Source: Guillardia theta CCMP2712 (Eukaryota > Protista > Cryptophyta). Taken from it: DNA of 64,000 nt. Made by a program: the position numbers and the translations under genes. Below, piece after piece: positions 49,049 to 61,430 of the stretch. The stretch's first letter is position 1; every line of letters begins with the position of its first letter. The notes beneath the pieces are model-generated. The model searched no databases and was not told the DNA's origin. It worked only from the letters and a program-made list of their open reading frames with translations. The stretch is from NCBI RefSeq assembly GCF_000315625.1, contig NW_005434673.1, positions 1,256,011 to 1,320,010 on the forward strand, written 5' to 3'.

Positions 49049-50783
49049 ATGCAAGGACATGGCGAGTCGAGGAGGCAGAACGACAACGAGGAGGGGGAGG
49101 GGGAGGAGGACATGAACGTCAAGGTCCTCAGCGCCGACCAGCTCGCGTCTGGTACTAGCGATGATCTGCTGGATGAGGAGGATATGGACTACGAGGATGC
49201 GCTTGACGCGATGGGGGTGGGGGGTTACCAGAAGTTGCTCATGGTGGTATGCGGGCTGGCAAACGCGACAGACGCCATTGAAATCTTGTCGCTCTCCTAC
49301 GTCATCCCGGAGATTGAGACTGAGATCGCCGCATGGAGCTTGGGGGCCTTGAGCTCAGCGGTGTTCGCCGGCATGCTCATCGGGGCGCTGGTTGGGGGCT
49401 TCCTGAGCGACGTGATTGGCAGACGACCAGTGCTGATGTGCTCGATGCTCCTCAACGCCATCTTCACGGCTCTCTTTGCTCTCGCGGCAGGCGAGTACGT
49501 CATGGTTGTACTTCGCTTCTTCACCGGCTTCGGCGTGGGAGCAAGCGTTCCTGTGGTGTTCGCTTACCCCGCTGAGGTCGTTCCCTCTGCAAACAGAGGC
49601 ATGGCGATCACGGTGGTGGCGCTCTCTTGGATGATCGGGAGCATCGTGGTGGCAGGGTTGGCATGGGCCATCATCCCCTCTTACGGGTGGAGGCTCTTCG
49701 CTTTCGCGTGCTCCCTTCCCGCTCTCGCGTGCTCGATCTGCCTTATGACCGTAATCAAAGAGAGCCCGCGCTTCCTGCTGGTCAAGGGCAAGACCAACGA
49801 GGCGTCCAAGGCCGTCTCCCATATCTGCCGCTTCAACAGCGCGAGCTTCGGGAGCAACGAGACGCAGGTGGTGCGGATCAAGGCTCTATCCCTAGATCAC
49901 GGCAACGAGAAGCTGTGGTTTCGAGTACGTCAGCTCTGGCAGCACCGCCTCCGGACTCGCTCCTTCCTTCTCGCGCTCGTGTGGATCGGGATCTGCTTCG
50001 GGTGGTACGGGCTTGCCACCTGGATCCCGACGATGCTCAAGGAGAAGAACGTTGCGCTATGTTGGGGGGAGGCATCAACAAGGAGCTGCCTGTACCAGAC
50101 AGCAGTTCTTGTCGCACTTTCGAACCTTCCAGGAAACATTTTGAGCCTCTTGCTGGTGGATGTGATCGGAAGAAACACGCTGCTCTCTGTTAGCATGTTT
50201 CTCTCTGCTCTGAGCGCGATAGGAGCATGGTTGTCCAAAGACGGCGTCGCTACTGGTATCTTTTTCTGTATCTTCAATGGAGTGAGTGTCGTCGGATGGA
50301 ACGTAAGTGACCTGCTTGCCCTCCCTCCCCCTCCTTCTCTCGCCCCCACTCCCCCACTCCCCCTCCCTCCCACTTCCCCACTCTTTCCCTCTCTTCCTCT
50401 CCCTCTCTTCCTTCCCCTTGCGTGCCTGGCTCTGTGCCCCGTCGCTTCTGCTCCTCACCCTACCGAACCCTCCACGTCTACTCGACCTCGTCTTGCACTG
50501 AAACGCTCGCAGATTCTTGACATTCTTTCCACGGAGATGTTTCCCACGGCTCTTCGCGGGGTAGCGATGGGGCTTCTCAGCTCGCTCGGTCGCATCTCAG
50601 CTGCTGTGAGATCATTGAGTGTGCTCTCGTGTCGTTCTCACTCCCCAGCAGGTTGCTCAGCTGCAGTTCAGCACGGCGTCTTCTGATCAGAGTCTTCTTT
50701 TCAGTGCCATCGCTCTCAGCGTTGGGGCAGGAGCTACTCTCTTCCTGCCGAACTTGACGAAAGTTCGACTGATAGATGTGTAA
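49049..50783 (+). CDS. MFS transporter, SV2/SVOP-like
   Basis: ALDAMGVGGYQ, GLANATDAIEILSLSYV, GFLSDVIGRR, RFFTGFGVG, ESPRFL, VDVIGR, TEMFPTALRG. Confidence 0.93.
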
Positions 50784-51003
50784 AGCCATGTAGTCTACAA
50801 ATATATGATACAAAGTCTTGTCCTCTTCGGCTCGTCTCCGGCCTTGCGTGACCTTGCTTCCTTCCTCCAGTTCCTCTGCATCCTTCATCTTCTGACCTTC
50901 CTTTCCTCTTCACTCCCTCTCCCTCCCTCCCTCCCCTCCCCTCCCCTCCCTCCCTCCCTCGCTCCCTCGCTCCCGCTTCCTTGTCCTCCTCGTCCTTGTC
51001 CTT

Positions 51004-51057
<54 letters not shown>

Positions 51058-51614
51058 TCGTCCTCGTCCTCCTCGTCCTCCTCGTCCTCCTCCTCCTTCT
51101 ACTGCTCATGCTCTTGCTCGGCCTCGCTCTTCCTCCAGTTGGTTGCCCGACGTGGTGTAGAGGGCAGAAGTACCCCACCCTTTTAGTCCATTTGTGTACC
51201 CTACCCTTCTTTCCTCATATTAGTACCCCTATTTCGTTGAAATTGAATATCACCCTACCCCGATGTTTGATAAAAAAGATCAAGAGGGATTGAAAGGGTT
51301 GTTGGACCTGGGAGGAGGAGGAGGAGGAGGAGGAAGGAGGAGGAGGAGGAAGGAGGAGGAGGAGGAGGAGGAGGAGGAGGAGGAATAAGACCGCAAATAG
51401 GTGAACTAGCCAGGAGGAGGAAGGAGGAGGAGGAGGAGGAGGAGGAGGAGGAGGAGGAGGAGGAGGAGGAGGAGGAGGAGGAGGAGGGGGAGGAGGAGGA
51501 GGAGGAGGAGGAGGAGGAGGAGGAGGAGGAGAAGGAGACGGGGGTGGGAGATATGGTGGGAGAAGAAGCAGGAGAGGGCGAGAGAGGGCAAGGCATGGAA
51601 AGAGGTACGGAAGC

Positions 51615-54600
51615 ATGGAGGCATGGAGACATGCAGAGAGCGAGGAGGCGAGCGAGGGGAAGAGAGTTGTGCTGGGATTGGGATGCGATACGATAGTTGA
51701 CGAGGAAGACGTTGGAGAAACGATTGTAGCAGACAGAAATATGTGTGAAGCAGTCTTGCATTGGAGGCGTGTAGGTCATGAAGGCAAAGTAGTGTGGTGA
51801 CTCGAAGTGAACAGGAGCTTGTGGATGTGGATGATGGCGATGATCGTCGAAAGCGGCATAGAACGCATCGCAAACGATGGAGACGTGAAGGAAACGTCGA
51901 CTGCAACGAGTTCATCGTGCGGTTCTGTGCGGCAACCTGTGTCCTCATCCTCCTGGCGGTCTCAAGTGGGATGGCATCTCTAGGAGCATCACTGTACAGC
52001 CAGGGAAAGCTCTCCTTGTCCGATGCCTTCTCCTTCGTGCAGCCTGGCAGCCCGTCGCTGATCAACGCGGAGGTAGCGCTACTCAAGTCAGAGATCTCTA
52101 CCTTGCAAGAGACTCTGCAGGGGCTTGCGAGAGAGAAGACCGACAAGAAGAACAGGAAGAGATCGAGTGACAAGGAAGGAGGCGAGGAGGAGGACGAAGA
52201 GGTCGATGTCATTATGCAGAGCCTGCGCAGGCAGCTGGCGGCTGCTGTACAGCAAGCGGAGCGATCGCAGAACGAGTTGACAGAGCAAGTGAGGATCCGA
52301 CGAGAGCTGGAGGACGCTCATCACAAGGCGCAAGTTGAAGTTCGCAAGAAGGAGGAGGAGATCGAGTCTCTGAGGAAGCAGCGAGAGGACAACACGAGGG
52401 AGACGTTGACCAAGGAGGTGGCGAGGGCGAGAGAAGAGACCGAGCTCAAATTTCGCAACGAAGATCTGCTGAGGTTCAAGCTGAGGTGTGAGAACGAGAC
52501 GGCAGAGCTGAAGGAGGAGGCAAAGGCCCTCAAGTCGGAGCTGCTCTCCCTCCGATCTCACAACTCCCAGCTCACCTACGAGGCCGATGCCATCCGGCAG
52601 GCACTGAAAGGCAACGAGTCAGCTGCCTTGGCTGCTAATGACACGACAACCACGTTGGCAGAACGAGTTCGGTCAAGCATGCGCAGCCTCGAGCTCGATC
52701 GCAACTGGCTGCAGCGGCAGGTGGAGGAGAAGGCGAGAGAAGTGGAGGAGCTGAAGAATTCTTTGAGATCCAACGAAGAGACTCTGAGAGCAGCGAGAGA
52801 GTCGCGTCAGACGTGCGAGACTGAGCACGACCTGTTGAAAGATCAAGCCGCCAACTTGAACGCGTCGTTGGCTGCTTGTCGGAGCGACGCCGAGCGAGAG
52901 CACATGGAGGTCCGTGCTGCTCTCCAGCAGAGCGAGACGAAGGTCGCATCCAAGGAGGAGGAGGTCGAGCAGTGCAAGGCTTCGCTCAAGGAGTGCGTCG
53001 ATGCTCGGGCGGCAGAGGCTCAGGCTGGTGGCGAGGAGAGGACGAGGACGGAGGAGCTGCAGGTGAGGCTGGCGGGGCTGCAGGAGGAGCTCGCGTCTCG
53101 TGACCTCGCTCTCAAGGATCAGCAGGAGCCTCCTGCTCTCGCAGCCTCCAGCGACGTCGCATGCTCGGGCATCAACCGGCAGCTGCAGCAGGAGGTGGAC
53201 GAGTGCAACATTTCCCTCCAGCAATGCAACGAGGCCCTCTCAGACAGGCCGCTCAAGCTGCAGGAGGATCCAGACGCTGCTCCTGCCTCTCCTGCCGCTG
53301 GTTCCTGCAATTCGGAAGAGATAGAGAAGCTACAAGCAGATATTCGGATGGAGCAGAGGAAACGAGAGGTGGCGGAGAAGAAGGCGAAGGGGGAGAGAGA
53401 GAAGGCAGACGAGTTTCGCAAGGAGAAACAGAGTCTGCAGCAGGAGATGAGGGACCTGAAGCAGAAGCTGACGCAGTCGAGCCAGGGGCAGGAGAGCTGC
53501 GAGGAAGTGACAGCAAGTCTCAAGGCGGAGGAGAGGAAGCGAGAAGCAGCTGAGAAGAGACTGAAGAAGGAGGCGGAGAAAGTCGACTCGTTCCGCAAAG
53601 AAAAGCAAAAACTTCAGCAGGAGCTCAAGGCTCTTTCTGAGCGATGCCAACAAGGAGGGACGGCAACTGGTGAAGCCAGGGGAGCCGAAGCCTCGCAAGG
53701 AGAGGAAGGGGAGATGTGCGGGCTGACTCGAGAGTCGTGCGAGTCCGATGGCTCGAAGGCGTCTGAGACTTCGAGCTCCAAGACTGCGGAAGAGGAGGTG
53801 GAGAAGAAGACGGAGGAGGACGAGGTGGAGAAGAAGAAGAAAGAGGACGAGGCTCTTCGCAGGTGGAACGAGGCCCTCAAGGCTGATCCCAAGTCTGCCG
53901 CTCAGTGGGAGCATCGCGCCAGGCGCAAGGGCCCAGCGCTTGCATCCTCCGAGACGCAGGAGGGAGGGACAGAGGCAGAGAACAGCTTCTGCCACAGCAT
54001 CGCGGGCGAGCATGCGTACTTCGACCAGGAGGAGGGAGGCTGCCGGTGCAAGGCCGGGTACACGGAGGACGCAGATGGGAGGTGTGTTGCATCGGGAACA
54101 GGCGAAGCACAGGAGGAGAGTGGAGGGACGGAGGGAGGGGGCAAGGGAGAGCAGAAGAGAGGAGGAGGAGAGGGAAGAGGCATCGGCGGAAAGGAGAAGA
54201 TAGAGGAGGACGAGGTGGAGAAGAAGAAGAAAGAGGACGAGGCTCTTCGCAGGTGGAACGAGGCCCTCAAGGCTGATCCCAAGTCTGCCGCTCAGTGGGA
54301 GCATCGCGCCAGGCGCAAGGGCCCAGCGCTTGCATCCTCCGAGACGCAGGAGGGAGGGACAGAGGCAGAGAACAGCTTCTGCCACAGCATCGCGGGCGAG
54401 CATGCGTACTTCGACCAGGAGGAGGGAGGCTGCCGGTGCAAGGCCGGATACACGGAGGACGCAGAGGGGAGGTGTGTTGCATCGGGGACAGGCGAAGCAC
54501 AGGAGGAGAGAGGAGAGGGAGAAGGAGGGGGCAAGGGAGGAGATTCCGAGGATGAAGGAGTGTTGGGGATGTTGCCTGGGATGGAGGAGGAGGAGGAGGA

Positions 54601-54643
54601 GGAGAGTCTCGGTAGGCTGCCCGATACCTTCGGCTCCTCCTAG
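51615..54643 (+). CDS. Type II membrane coiled-coil protein with a duplicated C-terminal EGF-like module
   Basis: Short first exon plus a 949-aa ORF. TM segment FCAATCVLILLAVSSGMASLGASL, long heptad region, two CHSIAGEHAYFDQEEGGCRCKAGYTEDA.GRCV units. Confidence 0.85.
53813..54515 (+). repeat. Internal coding duplication, 390-nt period
   Basis: Near-identical ~305-nt blocks starting at 53813 and 54203. Confidence 0.95.
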
Positions 54644-54984
54644 TGCTATCAGAGTAAAAGTTGCGTCAACTACCCCTACCTACCATTGTATGTACTCTCG
54701 GGCTCAGTAGCTATGGTAGGGTAGTCACGGTAGAGGTACGAATGGGGCGGCGATGGGCAACTGCCTGGGACTGAAGAGGTAGGAGGAGGAAGAGGAGGAA
54801 GGGGGAGGAGTGGAGGGGGAGGAGGAAGGGGAAGGAGGGAGGGAGGGAGGGAGAAGCGAACGAGGGAGGAGTCAGTGAGAAGCTTGTGCAGAGAAAAACC
54901 TGCCGGGACAGAAGAAGAAGCTCGGACTGCACTCACAAGGTTGGATGGTGTGACCCACGTGATTGCATAAGTTCAGCTCGCAGC

Positions 54985-55554
54985 ATGGGGAACAAGTCGT
55001 CAAAACAACAGAGGCTGGAGAATGCTGCGAAGACAGGGATCTTTAACCTGACGGTAACAGGAAGAGGAGATGGTTGGCGCGTGTTGTTTGACAGACATGG
55101 AAGGAGAAGACTCTGACCTCGTTCCCTGAAAGCGCTCTAGATGTATGGATCCTTGCTGGGGGGATGAGCTTGACGTTCTTTGAAGATCCCAAACCTGCGT
55201 GTGTTGCACATCGAACGATGTGGAATCACAAGTTTGCCGTCTAAGATCGAAAAGCTCAGCACGAGCCTACAAGTTGTTCTCCTACCCTCCCGCCTTATTC
55301 TTCCCATCTTACATCTCCTCCCCTGTCCCTATTTCTTTTTCCCTCCCCCTCCTCCTCCCCTCCCTTTCTCTCCTCCTCCTTCTCTTCCTCTTCTCTTCCC
55401 TTTTCCATCTCCCTGACCATTGCTTCAGAGGTTGAACTTTACCAGGCAACAAGCTCTTGTCGCTTCCCCTCGAGCTCGGGCGTTTGCGCTTCCTGCAAGT
55501 GCTTGACTGCAGTAGCAACGGACTAACCACCCTGGTTTGAATTCTCCTCCCTCC
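54985..55554 (+). CDS. LRRC57-like leucine-rich-repeat protein (3' end lost in gap)
   Basis: MGNKSSKQQRLENAAKTGIFNL resembles the LRRC57 N-terminus; LRRs LRVLHIERCGITSLP, LNFTGNKLLSLPLELGRLRFLQVLDCSSNGL. Confidence 0.8.
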
Positions 55555-55654
55555 NNNNNNNNNNNNNNNNNNNNNNNNNNNNNNNNNNNNNNNNNNNNNN
55601 NNNNNNNNNNNNNNNNNNNNNNNNNNNNNNNNNNNNNNNNNNNNNNNNNNNNNN
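55555..55654. other. Assembly gap (100 N); hides the 3' ends of two convergent genes
   Basis: Run of N. Confidence 1.
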
Positions 55655-57530
55655 ACGAAACAGCTCAGAGCCCAATGCTCCTGCTCATGTTCTCCTCCGC
55701 TTCTCCTGCTTCTCTCACGTGATCTGCATCCAGCATCGCTTTGCTGTACTCCTGGTCAAGTCGCTCCACCTCAGCGACGAGGACCTCTTTCTCCTGCTGC
55801 AGCTGAGACGCAAGTGAGAGGAGAAGAGAGATATGAGAATGAGAAGCGAGCGAAGGGAGGAGGAGGGGAGCAGGGAGCAGGGAGAGGGGAGAGGGAGAGG
55901 GAGAGGGGAGAGGGGAGAGGGGAGAGGGAGAGGGGAGAGGGAGAGGGGAGAGGGAGAGGGGAGAGGGAGAGGGCGAGGGATGAACTCACTTCATCCACGA
56001 GCTCTAAAAGCTGTTTTGCTTCTGAGGTCTTGGCTGCAATCTCTTCCTTCATACTTCCCTCAGCCTCATGGAGCCTTCGGTTGTCCTCTTTCGCCTCCTC
56101 CAGTGCTGATTCCAGCTCCTTCACCTTCTCTTTCGCCTGCTCCTGCTCCTCCTGTAGCCTCTGAAAATCTCCAAGGGAAAATGAGATTTGAATTTCCAGC
56201 TGTCGATTGACAGCCACAGAAGCTTCCAGCTCCTCCTCCAGCCCCTCGATCCTCCTCCTCGCCTCCTCCTCCTCCCTTCCCTTCCCTTCCTCCAGCCCCG
56301 CGTACGCTGCCGTCATGTTGGCTAGCTCCTCCTCCAGCTCCTCGATCCTCCTCCTCGCCTCCTCCTCCTCCCTTCCCTTCCCTTCCTCCAGCCCCGCGTA
56401 CGCTGCCGTCATGTTGGCTAGCTCCTCCTCCAGCTCCTCGATCCTCCTCCTCGCCTCCTCCTCCTCCCTTCCCTTCCCTTCCTCCAGCCCCGCGTACGCT
56501 GCCGTCATGTTGGCTAGCTCCTCCTCCAGCTCCTCGATCCTCCTCCTCGCCTCCTCCTCCTCCCTTCCCTTCCCTTCCTCCAGCCCCGCGTACGCTGCCG
56601 TCATGTTGGCTAGCTCCTCCTCCAGTGTAATGATCATCATTCTTGTTTCTTTTTCGCTTCTTGCACGTTGCTCGCACAAATCTTCCATGATGGACTTGTC
56701 ACGCAGGAGTGACTTCTTCTGAGACGAGATGAGGCTGACTTGAGACAGGAGCATCGTCTTGTCTTGCAAAGTCTGCTCAAGTTCGTCGCTCAGGTTTTCG
56801 TTTCTTGTCTGTAGCTCTCTCACTCTACTTTCTTGCAGTGCTAGCTGATGCTCGAGCTCCTCTAGCCTCCGAGTCTTCTCCCTCAAAGCAGTCCCCAACT
56901 CATTCAGCTTGTCCTTCATCTCACTCTTCTCCCCAAAGAAAGCATCCATTGTGTGAACCGAACGTTGGCACCTTGAGATGAGCTCGAATGACCTTCAAGC
57001 TCGGTGAGATTGGTTACAAACAACAAGTTATGTACCTTATCGTCGACTGCTTCACATAGTTCTGAGTGAAGAGCGTTTTCAATCTTGCAATATCATCCAA
57101 GATGACGCTCTTGTCATATTCTTTCATGTCAGCACGAGCTTCGATGAAGGCAAGCATCTTGTCGCTAATCTCAAACACAAGATCACGAGGACGGCAACCT
57201 TTACTCCTGATTGTAGATCTAGTCGAATCACTTTCAACTTCCGTGTTTCCATTCTGCGAATCGTGACACTCTAACAACCCAGCCTGGTCTCCCTGTAATC
57301 CATCTATAGTCGAGATAACCTTCTTAATGTCCAAGAGCTCCTCCTCCATGTCATTGTCGCGTAGAATGGTTTCTATGTTCTCAACCAATCTCTTCTGCAC
57401 GGAGGAAAGATTCTGAAAACGACATCGCTCTTGCACTAGAGTCTCCTCGAGGATTTGCAGTCTTGACTCTGCTCCCCTGCGGTCACAGATAAAACGAGTT
57501 AGTGAAGCAGATCGATAGCATACTCGAGAG
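55655..57530 (-). CDS. Coiled-coil protein with four 32-aa tandem repeats (both ends uncertain)
   Basis: ORF 55771-56949 with heptads and (EEELANMTAAYAGLEEGKGREEEEARRRIEEL)x4, plus upstream exon 57030-57480. Confidence 0.8.
56226..56626 (-). repeat. 96-nt coding tandem repeat x4
   Basis: gctgccgtcatgttggctagc recurs every 96 nt. Confidence 0.95.
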
Positions 57531-58237
57531 TCTGCGTGATGTTGGTAGATAAGAAGTATGATGTTGGTAAGTGATACGTGTAGTGTTGATAGAAAAGATA
57601 TTTTGGCTTCTAGATAAAGTGTGAATTTTCCGAAAGATCTTGATGATTCTATAAGCCGAATGTCGATGAAAGATCGAAAGTCTCAACCATCCACGTCTGG
57701 GAGCTTGAGAGTGATGGCGAACACATGGCAGCGGTGCACAAGTGAGCGGGGGTACATCATAGATGATATATCATGTATCATCATACAACATGGTGGGAGA
57801 GAAGTACGGGATGAAGCAGGAATTGTGGAATCTCATATAACTATCTCCATCCTCACCGAATCTGCATGAACGCATGCGCAAAGGTTGCCGCGCTCGCCAT
57901 CCCTGCCATCGACGCTAGCATTGCCCGCGCCATTTCGAAATCAAAATTACACGCCTCGGGATGGGTGGTCAATACAGGTCCGTGTATCAAAAGACTGCAA
58001 AGGTGGGGTAGAAAGACGATATTTAGGGGGTAGATGGTACTGCGATGTAAATGATGGGGGTAGGGGTGGTGTTAACCGAACACCGTTGCAATGGGGTGCG
58101 GAGGGACGAAGATGGTGGATGTGATGGAAGAGCGAGAAGAAGAGGGGAGGGATGTAACATCGGCTTTGATTGTTCATGGCACTAAACTGCAACAAGCCCA
58201 AAGACAAGTTGACGATCTTGCTGAAGGTGTAAATGTC

Positions 58238-59408
58238 ATGTCGAGCCCAGACAGGTAGAGCTCTTCTGGTGTGATCTGAATGGTGAGTGCGGGTTTCCAG
58301 GTCGAAAGCGTCGACCCCAGAAAGAAAATACCAAGACGACGATGACAGCCATGTAAAGGAAAGTGCTCCTTTAGAAAGGAACTGACGTTGGTTGCCAAGG
58401 CGTCTCCTTCCTTTGTGGCCGAACCTTTCGAAAGAGAAGAACGTGTGCGACAACGGGTGTTGTCGGTGACATCGCTTGTGAATGAAGACCTTGAACGGAC
58501 AAGAAAGTTCAGCGTGCCAAACTTGTCCGAAGATAGCTGTTTGGGCTTGGATGATACAGATGAACTATCACAATCACACAACTTCTTCAACTTCGATCAT
58601 GCTTCAAACCCTTGTGCGAGCATTAACGAGATCTTGGAAGCGATCGGAAAAGAAAAATCCATTCAAATCACAGGCATCAAGGTAATCTAATGACGTGGCA
58701 ATCTCGAACGATGTCTCATCTCATTTCAAGGTCGATGAGGATGCTTTGGATAAGCTGGACAGGTATATCATGGAATTGTGTGATTTTCTTGAGATTTTTC
58801 GTATCGAAAGATGTTTGGCTAAAGGATCCATACAAAGCATCACATTAGCTCGATGCGAGCTTGACGATCATGTTGTCAGCAAAATCGCAAAGATGCTCCA
58901 ATCAGATCAATGGCAGTGCTTGCGCAGTCTGAGTTTGGATGGAAACCCTTCCATTTCAGATGAAGGGGCCAAGAGCTTAGCGAAAGGGTTGGCGGAGAAC
59001 AAGACCCTTGAAGGTAGTTACACTCTGATCGTCTCAACCTCTACTCAATTTACGTCAGATCTGAGTCTGTGGGGAACTGGTATCGGGGATGAGGGGGCAA
59101 AAGCAATTGCTGAGTCCCTAAAGCAAAACTGTACTCTAAGGTCAGGATGTAAAGATGGCTTCATTTGCATCTCACTGGTATTGTAGAAATCTTTGGCTTG
59201 GAGAATGTGAGAACATACAAGACACAGGAGCACAGGCGCTGTTAACATGTTTGGAATCGAACAAAACGCTACAGCAATTAGCGCTTGTGTGCACGGCGGT
59301 AATCCGAACAATTCAAGATTGACTATCAAGAGTTTTCTCATTTGCTTACAGGTATCAGAAGAATTACAGAACGAAATCGAAGATGTTGTGCAAGCAGGGA
59401 GAACATGA
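58238..59408 (+). CDS. RNI-like/NLRC3-type leucine-rich-repeat protein
   Basis: LRSLSLDGNPSISDEGAKSLAKGLAENKTL, LSLWGTGIGDEGAKAIAESLKQNCTL, LWLGECENIQDTGAQAL. Confidence 0.88.
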
Positions 59409-59596
59409 GTGTACACATAGGCGAACACCTCTATCTTGCATTTCTTGAATTTATTCATATGGCAAATTGTTACAAAAGAAAATGGGAAAATTGTTCTACA
59501 AGCTAATCTATGATTCAGCGAACAAACTTCTCAAAATTGCACGTGCACCATTAGCACAAGGATTCTGCAACATTTGCTCCTTCGATCCCTCAGGCT

Positions 59597-59999
59597 CTAG
59601 GAGTGAGAGAAGCGGCAAGAATCGCCACGAGTGCATTCTCCCTTCTGCCAGGCATAGCAAACGCCGCCGCCTCCTCCGCCGCCGCCGCCGCCGCCGCGCC
59701 CTCCTCTACCGCCGCCACCACGGCCCCCGCCGCCACGGCCCCTTCCTCCGCGTCCGCCACCACGTCCGCCACCGCGATCGCCGCCGTCATTGAAACGAGC
59801 TTTCTTGGCTTTCTTGCATTCCTCGCACCTCATGGGTTTGTTGTCGAAGCCTTTTGACTGATAGAATTCTTGTTCTCCAGCGCTGAAGATGAATTTGTTT
59901 CCGCAATCCTTGCAATCGAGTTCCTCGTCTTCAAAGCCTGAGCTGGACTTGGCCGATCCCTTTTTCTTGCCCTTCGGTTTCTCCTCCTCCTCCTCCTCC

Positions 60000-60031
<32 letters not shown>

Positions 60032-60217
60032 CTTCTTAGATTTCTTCTTTGGGGGGGGCTTCGAGTCCTTCTTACCCTTGCCCTTTTGAGGCTTCTCCTC
60101 CTCCTCTTCCTCCTCTTCCTCCTCCTCTTCCTCCTCTTCCTCCTCCTCTTCTTGTTCTTCCTCCTCTTCCTCCTCTGACTCCTCCTTCTTCTTGCTTTCT
60201 CTCTTGTTCTTTCCCAT
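59597..60217 (-). CDS. Acidic/Lys-rich protein with a CxxC..CxxC zinc ribbon (zf-trcl-like), RGG tract and CCCH zinc finger
   Basis: LDCKDCGNKFIFSAGEQEFYQSKGFDNKPMRCEECK; GGRGGGRGG; CYAWQKGECTRGDSCRFSH. Intronless. Confidence 0.9.
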
Positions 60218-60539
60218 CGTCGCTGCTTCGGTCGGTACTGAGCTGGTTTTCCCTTTTCCTCTTTCCGCTCCCTCTTTTAACCCCCTCACCGCACGTGCGG
60301 CCTCCCACCAGCCGTATTATCCCTGTGACCCCGATTGCATTGGACCCTACCCTTCAACAAGCATACCCCCTCAATCTTTCATTGAAGGGGTACATTGACT
60401 GTTAAAGTACCCTATCAATATCTACTCCAATCCCCGAATTTTATCACCCTACCCCATAAAACTACCCCATTGTGCTCGATATCCCCTAGACGATTATAGT
60501 ACCCCTACCCTGGCGTCAGACCTTCGGACCCTGCAAACC

Positions 60540-61430
60540 CTGATCGGACCGCCGCCGGCGGATCCAGTGACCCCCTGACCCCCTACCCCCCGTTTGTCCA
60601 ATGCTGATAGATGGGTGACCCCCCCTCCACACTCCCGCAGCTCGGGTCCGTAGAGTTCAGTCCCATCACCCCTCCTTACCCCGGCGCCCCTGAGCGGCGC
60701 GGCCCGTGCGGAGTCATGATTAAGGCCGGTGGCGGGCCGGCCTCAGTGCCGCGGCCGCGGCTGACACTCCCGGAGTCCGCTCAGTGACCGTATTTCAACT
60801 TTTCAAGCCTGTGAGCTCCGAGGCTCGGCGGCCGCCCCGCCGGGGATCGGACCTGGCCGCCCGGCCCCGGCCGGGCCGCCCGGCGGCCCGGGACTCCCGG
60901 AGTCCGTCTGTACTAGACTTGGAATCAGCATTCATGCTTGACTCGCCGGGCCGGGCCCGCCCGGGTGGGCCGAGCGCCACTGCCAGTGCCAAAGGTGCGG
61001 CCGCGCACGCGCCGTGCTATGAATCACGGCAACTTTACTTTAGTGTGACGCTCAGTTGAACGGGCCCGCGGGGCCCCCGCCTGCCCGCCCGGCCGCTCAG
61101 TAACTCAGGCTAGGCTAGCCTGCCAGGAAACGCCAGGCTTAAGTTACGCCGACGGTATTCAATTTGAGTCCGAGGGCCGGGCCCGGAGCCTGGCAGCCGG
61201 GCCGGGCCGGACTCCGGACTCCGCCGGGACTCAGTCAGCCCGGCGCCGCGACCGGTCACCGGCGCCCCGGGGCCCGGGCGCGGCCCGGTGACTCGTGCCC
61301 GGCTCAGTCCGACCCCTGCCCGTGCCGCCCGGCCGCCCGCCGGGCCCGGGCGGCCGGGGCGGCCGGGCGGCACCGTACGGTACTGAGTCACCCTCTTTAC
61401 TCAGGCACCCAGTGACGGCCGGAAATAAAC
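60540..61430. repeat. GC-rich intergenic island (palindromic-word class), flanked by TACCCC/GGGGTA-rich tracts
   Basis: CCGG/GGCC/ACTCAG/GGCAACTT/CCGTACGGTAC words. 60330-60540 is TACCC-rich and 61480-61625 is GGGGTA-rich. Confidence 0.65.
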
